Positions 7,499 through 14,544 of a stretch of 14,544 nt of DNA are shown here, one piece after another. The stretch covers positions 1 through 14,544 of the forward strand of contig JASEGJ010000026.1 in the NCBI GenBank assembly GCA_030018135.1, written 5' to 3'. Positions within the stretch are counted from its first letter, which is position 1, and every line of letters begins with the position of its first letter. This DNA is from Candidatus Hodarchaeaceae archaeon. GTDB taxonomy: Archaea > Hadarchaeota > Hadarchaeia > Hadarchaeales > Hadarchaeaceae. The notes under the pieces were generated by a model that made no database searches, was not told where the DNA came from, and saw only the letters and a program-made list of their open reading frames with translations. The position numbers and the translations under genes are program-made.

Positions 7499-8224
7499 TC
7501 AGAGGGTGAGCTTCGCCGCGAGGCCGCGGAGGGCCTTAGAAGCCGGGCTCTTCGGCTTGTAAACGATGACCGGCTTCTTGAGATTGGTGGACTCGATTAC
7601 GGCCGGATCTTCCTCGATCGTGCCCAAAATTTGGGCCTTTAGCTTGCCCTCGATTTCGGCGTTTTTCATGAGCTTGCTGCCCCTCAGCCTGCCGAGAAAG
7701 GAGGATTTTCTCGCCCTGTTTACTACGACTCCGCCGATCTTCGCGTCCATGACTTCGGCGACGGTGTGCAGCTTGGCGGCGGCCTCGATGGCCGGTGGGT
7801 CGGGCGTCACGATCAGCAGGATCTCATCCGCGACCTTTATCGGTGCCAAGCTATACTTGTTCAATCCGGGCGGGGCATCGATGAGGATGTAATCGTAACC
7901 CTTCACGAGCTTTTCGACGATGCTCCCAAGCTTGTTCGGATCCGCGCCCAGGAACCCGCCGATGGAGGGGCCGGATGGCAGGACGTCGATCCCGTGCGCG
8001 GAGTAGATGGCCTTCTCGGCGCTCACCTTGCCTCCCAGCGCCTCGTGCAAGGTTACGTAGGTCTCGCTCAATCCCAAAATCGTGGCTATGCCACCCATGG
8101 CGAGGTCGGCATCTATCACCAAGGTCTTCTTGCCCAGCTGGCCCAGGCAAACTCCCAAATTTGCGGCCGCGGTGGTTTTCCCCACGCCGCCCTTCCCGGA
8201 GGTTATGGTGTAGACCTTGGACAT
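7499..8224 (-). CDS. minD: Archaeal MinD/ParA-family ATPase
   Basis: ITSGKGGVGKTT deviant Walker A, LVIDADLAM, YILIDAPPGL, GVVVNR. Confidence 0.88.
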   Translation of the reverse strand: MSKVYTITSGKGGVGKTTAAANLGVCLGQLGKKTLVIDADLAMGGIATILGLSETYVTLHEALGGKVSAEKAIYSAHGIDVLPSGPSIGGFLGADPNKLGSIVEKLVKGYDYILIDAPPGLNKYSLAPIKVADEILLIVTPDPPAIEAAAKLHTVAEVMDAKIGGVVVNRARKSSFLGRLRGSKLMKNAEIEGKLKAQILGTIEEDPAVIESTNLKKPVIVYKPKSPASKALRGLAAKLTL

Positions 8225-8290
8225 GCAGGACCCATCGACAATAGTAGAAATGAGTTCTCCTTATTTAAGCCAACCGCAAACGAACCGAGA

Positions 8291-9442
8291 CTAAAGTTGC
8301 TCGATCACCGCCTTGATGCGCTCTACCGCCAGCTCGATGTTCTCAGGAGTGTTAGCGTACGAGATGCGCAGGTAGCCCTCGCCGTGTCTCCCGAAGGCGG
8401 TGCCCGGCGACACCACAACTTTGGCCCGCTCGAACAGGTAGTCGGCGAGCGCACTTGAACTCATGCCCAGATCTGAAACATTCGGGAACGCGTAAAATGC
8501 GCCCCTCGGCGTCGGGCACCTAAAGCCCTCGATCGAGTTGAGCAATCTGACCGTCAACTTGCGCCGTCCATCGTAATCGGCGATCATCTCCCGGACGCAG
8601 TCCTAGGGCCCCCGCAACGCCTCGACGGCCGCCCACTGCGTCGGCGTGCTCGTCGACGAGGTCACATTTTGATGCACCTTGAACATGGGCTGCATCAGCT
8701 CCTTCGACGCGCAGAGGTAACCCACGCGCCAGCCCGTCATCGCGTAGGTCTTTGAGAAGCCGTTCACGAGTATGACCCGCTCGGCGGCATCGAGGGTCGG
8801 CAAGCAGACGTGCTCAAAACCATCGTACACAAATTTTTCGTAAATCTCGTCGGATACGACAAGGAGGTCTCGCTCGCTGGCGATGTTGAGGATCTCCCGC
8901 AACGGCCGCTCGGGCATGACCGAGCCGGTGGGGTTGCTCGGGAAGTTAAGCAGGATCATCCTCGTGCGATCCGTGATCGCCGACTCGATTTCCTCAGGAC
9001 GCATCCAGAAGTCCGGCTCGCTCAGGCGGACGCCTACGGGCACCCCACCGGCTATCCGCACCGCCGGGCCGTATGTCATGTAAGCGGGGTCCGGCACGAG
9101 TACCTCATCGCCCGGCTCCAAGAAGGCCGCGATGGCGCAGAATATCGCCTCCGTGCCGCCGACCACCACCATGACCTCGCTATCGGGATCGTAATCTAAG
9201 CCGTACTCGCTCGAGTAGCGCTCGGCTATAGCCTGCCTAAGCTCGAGGATGCCCGTGTTCGGCGAGTAATGCGTCTTGCCCTCGTCCAGTGCTCTCTTGG
9301 CCGCCTCGCGTATGTGCTCCGGCGTCGTCACATCTGGCTCACCCACGCCTAGGCTTATGACGCCCGAAGAGCCCGTCGCTAGGTCGAAGAGGCGCCTGAT
9401 CACCGATGGTTGAATCTCCCGCAGATGTCTTGCCTCTCTCAT
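8291..9442 (-). pseudogene. Class I/II PLP-dependent (aspartate-type) aminotransferase with one in-frame TAG
   Basis: SLGVGEPD, NFPSNPTG, SDEIYE, NGFSKTYAMTGWRVG; TAG at 8605-8603 in GP*DCVREM, and the same frame continues through GAFYAF and GEGYLRISYA to 8291 (383 codons from ATG 9442). Confidence 0.88.
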
Positions 9443-9514
9443 CCTACGACCGCCATCCACAAAGTTGCGGCGGCGCTTAAAGATTTTTGGGCTTCCATTG
9501 TGGCACAAATTTTG

Positions 9515-10717
9515 CTAGCCGCCGAAATCGCGCGCCACCTGTTCAAGCACCTCGACGAGCTTCTCGACCTCCCCCTCGAAGTTGTAATAGTGCACGGAGG
9601 CTCGAACCGTGCCCTCGACGCCGAGGTGGCGCATCGTCGGCGCAGCGCAGTGATGCCCGGAGCGAACGGCGATGTTCGCGAGCTCGTCAAGCATCGAAGC
9701 GACATCGTGGTGATCCAAGCCGCGAACGTTAAAACTGACCACACCCCCGCGCCGCTCGAGGTCACCCGGCCCATAAACTTCGACATGTTCGATGTCGGCA
9801 ATTTGGAGCATCCGCCGCGTAAGCTCGCGCTCGCGCTCGGCTATGCGCTCGATGCCTATCTCCAGCACGTACTCAGCTGCCCGTCCGAGCCCGATGATGC
9901 CTGGTATGTTCGGCGTGCCGGCGTCGAAGACCTGCGGGGGCTCAACTAGCTTGCATGAGTGTTCGTCCACGCTTTCGACTATGCCCCCGCCAAGCAGGAG
10001 CGGCTCCAGCTCGTGAAGGTGATCCTCGCGCACGTACAGGAAGCCGGTGCCCTGCGGCCCGAGCAGCCCCTTGTGCCCCGGCGCCGCGAGGAAATCGCAT
10101 TCCATCGCCCTGACATCGACCGGCATGTGGCCGACCGCTTGGGCAGCGTCGACGAGGAAGAGTACGTCATGTTCTCGCGCGAGCTTGCCGACCTCCTCGA
10201 CGGGCTGAATGCTGCCTATGGCGTTCGAGATGTGGGTCATCGTTATGAGGCGGGTTCTATCGTCGATGACGGCCTCGATCTCGCTCGGCTCGATCAAGCA
10301 ATCCCTCGTGGCGCGCACGATCTCGAGTTCGATGCCTTTCGTGCGCTCGAGGCGTTGCCAAGGTATGAGGTTGCTGTGGTGCTCGAGCACGGTGGCGATG
10401 ACCTTGTCCCCCTTCCGCAGCCCCAAGCCCTGCGCGACCATGTTTATGGCCTCGGTGGCGTTCTTCGCGTACGCGATCTCCTCCGGCTTGGCGCCTATCA
10501 CCCGAGCGAGCTTTCCGCGGGCGGCCTCAAAGGCGTCCGTCGCGCGTCGCGTCGCGCGATGCAAGCCACGCCCCACGTTCGCGCTGAACTCCTGAAAGTA
10601 CTCGAGCATCGCATCCAGCACGGGCTGGGGCGTGGGCGTCGTCGCGGCACTGTCGAGATAAATTATGCCGGTTTGCAAAAATGGAATTTCGGCCCTGACC
10701 TGCTCGACGGTTTTCAT
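9515..10717 (-). CDS. sufS: SufS-type (group II) cysteine desulfurase
   Basis: IYLDSAATT, EHHSNLIPW, VDAAQAVGH, PGHKGLLGP (PLP lysine), VRSGHHCA catalytic motif, RASVHYYN. Start ATG 10717 preferred over 10762. Confidence 0.9.
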   Translation of the reverse strand: MKTVEQVRAEIPFLQTGIIYLDSAATTPTPQPVLDAMLEYFQEFSANVGRGLHRATRRATDAFEAARGKLARVIGAKPEEIAYAKNATEAINMVAQGLGLRKGDKVIATVLEHHSNLIPWQRLERTKGIELEIVRATRDCLIEPSEIEAVIDDRTRLITMTHISNAIGSIQPVEEVGKLAREHDVLFLVDAAQAVGHMPVDVRAMECDFLAAPGHKGLLGPQGTGFLYVREDHLHELEPLLLGGGIVESVDEHSCKLVEPPQVFDAGTPNIPGIIGLGRAAEYVLEIGIERIAERERELTRRMLQIADIEHVEVYGPGDLERRGGVVSFNVRGLDHHDVASMLDELANIAVRSGHHCAAPTMRHLGVEGTVRASVHYYNFEGEVEKLVEVLEQVARDFGG

Positions 10718-10799
10718 GCCAAGTCTCTCCCGCCCTCTCCGTTTGGTCCTTTCGACCGCCATTATAAGTTTCTCCAGCTCATCGATATAACTTAGGCAT

Positions 10800-11291
10800 T
10801 CATTCGGCAGGGTTGTGATGGCTGAGCTGCGCGAGAAGGGCCGCCGAGAGTTCGTCGACAGCCCCCTTCACCTTTTCGCTCATCCTCGCCCCCATTCCCG
10901 TGCTGCTCGGCTGAATTCCGAGCAATACGACTTTTGCCGTGGTCTGGGCGCGCAAATAACCCGCGAGCAGGGAGAGCGGCATGGTATGGGTGGAGATCGG
11001 TCGGCCCGTGATGGCCTCCGGCTCGCTTAATATCGTGGCGCCCGGCTCGGAGCCGAAGTCCGTGGCATCGATGAGGATTACATGGGAGGGTTCAAACTTT
11101 CTTATCTCCGCTGTAAAGTTCTCCGGGGCCACGCCCGCCTCGATTAAGAGCACATTCGGCGAGCTCAATCCCCGCCTAAGCCTTCGCACCACCTCGATGC
11201 CCGCCGCATCGTCGCTCCGCATATCGCTACCTATGCCCACTATCGCCACTCGGGTTGCACCCTTGAGCAAGGATGAGAGATCCAGCTTCAA
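10800..11291 (-). CDS. hycI: Hydrogenase maturation endopeptidase, HycI type
   Basis: IVGIGSDMRSDDAAG, GVAPENF, LIDATDFG, ISTHTMPL, LLGIQP. Confidence 0.88.
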   Translation of the reverse strand: MKLDLSSLLKGATRVAIVGIGSDMRSDDAAGIEVVRRLRRGLSSPNVLLIEAGVAPENFTAEIRKFEPSHVILIDATDFGSEPGATILSEPEAITGRPISTHTMPLSLLAGYLRAQTTAKVVLLGIQPSSTGMGARMSEKVKGAVDELSAALLAQLSHHNPAE

Positions 11292-11292
11292 T

Positions 11293-11994
11293 TCATCGCC
11301 TCAAAAACCGATCTAGGATGAGGTCCTCTTGGCTTGCCCCAACCCGCTTGAGCATCGCCATCGGCCAGTCCACCCTTCCCACCTCGGCGACGGTGTGGGC
11401 GTCCGTACCTATGCTCAACTTAACCCCCTCCCGCAGACAGGCCTCGAGCAAACCTTGATCTGGCACGCGATACTTGGAGTTGAGCTCGATCGCGACCCCC
11501 CTCTTGGCCGCCGATTCGGCGAAGGCGGCGATATCCTCGCGCGAGAGATAGGGCGCAAGGTAGCGATGGAGCTGAAACGGGTGCGCCAGGACATCGGCCC
11601 GCTGGTGTTCCATGGCCTTCATTATTGCGTGAAAATATGCCCTCGCCAACTCCGATGGTTCGCGGCTGAAAATTCTAAGCCTGTGTATGCCCATGATTAT
11701 GATATCGAACCTGTCGATCAACCTTTCGTCCACATCGATTGCCCCATCGGCGTCAACGACGTTGGCCTCTATGCCCGCCAACACCGGGATCTCCGCGTCC
11801 TCCCTTGCCGCCGTGACATCCTGTAACATTGGGACTATCTTGTGGGGCGAGATGCCAACCGACAACTCTGGCCCATGGTCGGTAATCGCCACCGCCATCA
11901 AGCCGCGCGCCTCGGCCGCCTCTACCATCGCTGCTGCCGCGCTTTCCCCGTCGGAATATATCGTGTGTACGTGAAAATCGAATTTTGGCAACAC
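11293..11994 (-). CDS. PHP-domain metal-dependent phosphoesterase
   Basis: DFHVHTIYSDG, AITDHG, GIEAN, LAHP, IELN, IGTDAH; GTG 11994 follows GGGGTG. Confidence 0.9.
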   Translation of the reverse strand: MLPKFDFHVHTIYSDGESAAAAMVEAAEARGLMAVAITDHGPELSVGISPHKIVPMLQDVTAAREDAEIPVLAGIEANVVDADGAIDVDERLIDRFDIIIMGIHRLRIFSREPSELARAYFHAIMKAMEHQRADVLAHPFQLHRYLAPYLSREDIAAFAESAAKRGVAIELNSKYRVPDQGLLEACLREGVKLSIGTDAHTVAEVGRVDWPMAMLKRVGASQEDLILDRFLRR

Positions 11995-12071
11995 GGGCGC
12001 ACCCCTTAACCTACGATCTAAGAAGGGGGGACTCAATTAATAACTTCAGATGTTTTGCGTCGAACAAAATG

Positions 12072-12300
12072 GCGGGGATATCGACCCTTCCGCTACTATT
12101 TCGATAGCATTCCGAATCTCGACCACTTCGGTCGTCCATCGCTTTTTCACGTTGGGGTCTTTCTCCCACAGTCGTTGCCGCGCAACCCTGCTTCCGGGAG
12201 CTTATCCACAGCCTTCCCCGGTTTTTCGCCCGGGTTTTTCCGTGGCTCCCCGTTGCCCGTAGGCTCCGGTTCGGCCACCTCTGTGGGCTTCTGTCCCCGC
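12072..12300 (-). ncRNA. Putative structured non-coding RNA, family unassigned (~230 nt)
   Basis: Ends pair (GCGGGGA/TCCCCGC); internal helices CCCACAG/CTGTGGG, GACCC/GGGTC, GGGAGC/GCTCCC, CCCGG/CCGGG, GTTGC/GCAAC, CGACC/GGTCG; cUACGg tetraloop; A-rich linkers; TATA at suitable distance. Confidence 0.7.
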
Positions 12301-12322
12301 AAATGTTACTGGAGCAAGGCGC

Positions 12323-12340
12323 TATAAATAGTTCATTTCG
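12323..12340 (-). promoter_or_regulatory. BRE/TATA promoter for the putative ncRNA
   Basis: Minus strand CGAAATGAAC-TATTTATA ends 22 nt before the first paired G at 12300. Confidence 0.6.
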
Positions 12341-12435
12341 ATTGCCAAAAGTGTTGGCCGATTAAAACAAAGACTCGCAGAACCTTGGAGGGACAAGCAT
12401 AAAATACGAAAACGGCGCCAAATTAACCGATTGTG

Positions 12436-12659
12436 ATGTGCTTAGCGATTCCCGGTAAGTTATTAAAAGTGGATGAAAAGGTTGCAGTGGTGGACTTCGG
12501 CGGCATACGTAGAAATGCGCAGCTCGATTTGCTTGAAGATGTGCATGAAGGCGATTAATCGTGCATGTCGGCTATGCGATTCAGACATTGAACAAGGAAG
12601 AAGCGGAGAAGACAGTAAGGCTATGGGTTAAAATCGCCAAAGGTGAGGCCGGTGCATGA
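12436..12659 (+). pseudogene. hypC: HypC hydrogenase chaperone, frameshifted (missing from ORF track)
   Basis: MCLAIPGKLLKVDEKVAVVDFGGIRR..EGD* (TAA 12556-12558); IVHVGYAIQTLNKEEAEKT resumes in another frame at 12558; the expected GDYVIVHVG implies a 4-nt loss. Confidence 0.9.
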
Positions 12660-13032
12660 GGTCGAGCTGGCAAATCGGGTGTTAAGCGCGCTCCGTTCAA
12701 TAGCCATCGAGAACAACGCCGACATACTGGAGGTAAACTTACAAGTTGGCGAACTTAACGAGCCGCGTGCATTGCGATTTTGGTTAAATAAGCTCGGCGG
12801 CGATGAATTTAGGCCGGTCAAATTTAGGATTGAGCAAGTGCCTCTCACGATCAAGTGCGAATGCGGCTATTTCGGTGGGGCAAATTTGCCCACGGGCGTT
12901 CATTTATCTGAACCTGAACTCGAGATACCCTGCCCAAAATGCGGTAGACGCGGGGTCCGCCTGACATCTGGTCGCGAGTTTGAAATAGTCGATGTTAAGT
13001 TGCGAAAGGAGGTTCAAAAGGATGTTAGATAA
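12652..13032 (+). CDS. hypA: HypA nickel metallochaperone
   Basis: GTG-HE N-terminus (MHE nickel site), LQVGEL, CECG and CPKCG zinc ligands, SGREF. Confidence 0.9.
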   Translation: MHEVELANRVLSALRSIAIENNADILEVNLQVGELNEPRALRFWLNKLGGDEFRPVKFRIEQVPLTIKCECGYFGGANLPTGVHLSEPELEIPCPKCGRRGVRLTSGREFEIVDVKLRKEVQKDVR

Positions 13033-14038
13033 AAAAATTTCGCTGGTCCACGGCGCCGGTGGAGCTGCAATGATGAAGTTGATAAGGGATGTCGTGTTGA
13101 AGGAACTTTCGCTCACGCGCGTTGGTGCCATCGGTCTGAACGAGCTTGACGATGGTGCCACAATAACCGTTGGGGATAAAACGCTGGTGCTCACAACCGA
13201 TGCCCACACGGTCAAACCGCTTTTCTTTCCGGGAGGGGACATAGGCAGGCTGGCAATTTCTGGTACTGTTAATGACTTGGCCGTCATGGGGGCTCGGCCG
13301 CTCGCGATGGCCTGCGCGATCGTGCTCGAGGAGGGGTTCCCCATCGACGATTTGTGTAGGATTTGCCGTTCAATCGACTTGGCCACGCGCGAAGCAGCAG
13401 TGCCGCTGATAACCGGCGACACCAAGGTGATGGAGCGCCATGCGCTCGATGGCGCCGTGATCACGACGACGGGCGTAGGTATAGCAGATAACCCGACGAC
13501 AGACAGTGGGCTTAGGCCGGGCGATAAAATTATCATCACTGGAACAGTCGGCGATCATGGCGTCACAATTTTGACCCACCGAGAGGGCATTTCCCTTGAA
13601 ACGGACCTATGCTCCGACGTCGCCCCCATATGGGAAACTGTGAAAGCCGCTCTGGAAGCCGGAGGCATAACCGCAATGAAGGACCCGACGCGCGGCGGCA
13701 TTGCGGCCGCGCTTAATGAAATGGCATCAAAGGCTGAGGTGGGGATCGTCCTAGATGAACGAGAGATACCAATAAAACCAGCTGTTAAAGCGGCGAGCGA
13801 GATGCTCGGCATCGACCCCCTACAAATAACGAATGAGGGCAAGGCAATAATCGGGGCAAATCCCGAGTATTGCGAGGACGTACTAACTGCCATAAGGAAG
13901 ACCAAGTATGGGAAAGATGCTTGCGTGATTGGGGAGGCAATTGCCGATCACCGAGGGGAAGTAATGCTTAGAACCATGGTCGGGGGCCATCGCATAATAG
14001 AAGCGCCAGTTGGCGATCCCGCACCCCGAATTTGCTAG
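13022..14038 (+). CDS. hypE: HypE carbamoyl dehydratase
   Basis: HGAGG, PLFFPGGDIGRLAISGTVNDLA, TGDTKV, MKDPTRGG, NEGK, C-terminal PRIC; ATG 13022 after GGAGGT. Confidence 0.95.
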   Translation: MLDKKISLVHGAGGAAMMKLIRDVVLKELSLTRVGAIGLNELDDGATITVGDKTLVLTTDAHTVKPLFFPGGDIGRLAISGTVNDLAVMGARPLAMACAIVLEEGFPIDDLCRICRSIDLATREAAVPLITGDTKVMERHALDGAVITTTGVGIADNPTTDSGLRPGDKIIITGTVGDHGVTILTHREGISLETDLCSDVAPIWETVKAALEAGGITAMKDPTRGGIAAALNEMASKAEVGIVLDEREIPIKPAVKAASEMLGIDPLQITNEGKAIIGANPEYCEDVLTAIRKTKYGKDACVIGEAIADHRGEVMLRTMVGGHRIIEAPVGDPAPRIC

Positions 14039-14101
14039 CGTTGTCCATCGGCCTACGGCATATTTTTGTAGGCTGTTCGCCTACGGGTCTAATTGTCTAA
14101 T

Positions 14102-14501
14102 TCAACGGCGTAACCGCAAAAATGCTAGAAATTTCTTGGTCGGCTTCGCTCTTCTTCTCCTACGTCGCGCTTCCGGCCCCCGTATCATTTTATGCGTAAT
14201 CCTGGGCGATCCGCTTTTGATTGCGAGATATACCGCGTCTCCCGCCGTTTTTAAAGCCTCGCGGGGGATCCCTCTCGAGCGCTTATGGATTTCGACGATG
14301 GCTGCCCGCGTGAAAGGCTCTGTCGTCAGATCGTCAAAGTCGCCCCCCCCGCGCCCAAGCCATTCGCAGAGCTAGGAGTTCCTCGACCTCTTCAACGTTC
14401 ATAGGTTTAAGTTCTAGGGTGAGTCTCCTGCGTTGTAATATGGCAGGTGAATGTTGCTCAACAAACTTCAAGAGGTGATGTTTTTGCCCATTTAAGTCAT
14501 A
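14102..14501 (-). pseudogene. C-terminal fragment of an ExeA/GspA-like AAA ATPase, frameshifted at a G8 run
   Basis: NGQKHHLL..PAILQRRRLTLELKPMNVEEVEELLALRM, then (after removing one G at 14343-14350) PFTRAAIVEIHKRSRGIPREALKTAGDA; in-frame TGA at 14504-14502 upstream and no Walker motifs visible. Confidence 0.55.
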
Positions 14502-14544
14502 TCACCTAATTTTCGCCGTAAAATAGTTCTTGAGATACTTCCTC

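Noticed and set aside
7766-8458. 230-aa plus-strand ORF
   Set aside because: Antisense shadow of minD and the aminotransferase in high-GC sequence.
9959-10795. 278-aa plus-strand ORF
   Set aside because: Antisense shadow of sufS.
12072-12300. Calling the element SRP RNA or canonical RNase P RNA
   Set aside because: SRP helix-8 motif and the RNase P GAGGAAxxUC / ACAGAA..GCUUA consensus are not matched well enough.
12050-12327. 70-aa and 90-aa plus-strand ORFs
   Set aside because: Pro/Ser/Phe-rich, no motifs; the region is better explained by the base-paired RNA on the minus strand.
14010-14375. 121-aa plus-strand ORF
   Set aside because: Antisense to the AAA ATPase fragment; no motifs.

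Overview
Archaeal genomic window (TATA/BRE promoters, GGTGA-type ribosome-binding sites, archaeal pilin, MinD and Hyp families). Left to right: (i) three + strand genes with class III (prepilin) signal peptides, the third carrying a lower-GC insert of three tandem ~115-aa domains; (ii) an accessory tract (~3450-5760) with a damaged orphan MNT antitoxin and two AbrB/VapB-PIN/VapC toxin-antitoxin pairs, punctuated by a duplicated 3' end of the third pilin-like gene and two families of degenerate non-coding repeats, which looks like cassette accretion; (iii) a minus-strand block: frameshifted pilin paralogue, RAD55/KaiC-like ATPase with degenerate Walker A, MinD, class I/II aminotransferase with one in-frame TAG, SufS-type cysteine desulfurase, HycI-type protease, PHP protein; (iv) a ~230-nt promoter-preceded, highly base-paired intergenic element I cannot assign to a known RNA family; (v) hypC (frameshifted)-hypA-hypE and a fragment of an ExeA-like AAA ATPase. 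Six genes carry apparent lesions (frameshift, nonsense or ACG start), so assembly error versus genuine decay needs checking. All alignments and folds were done by eye.
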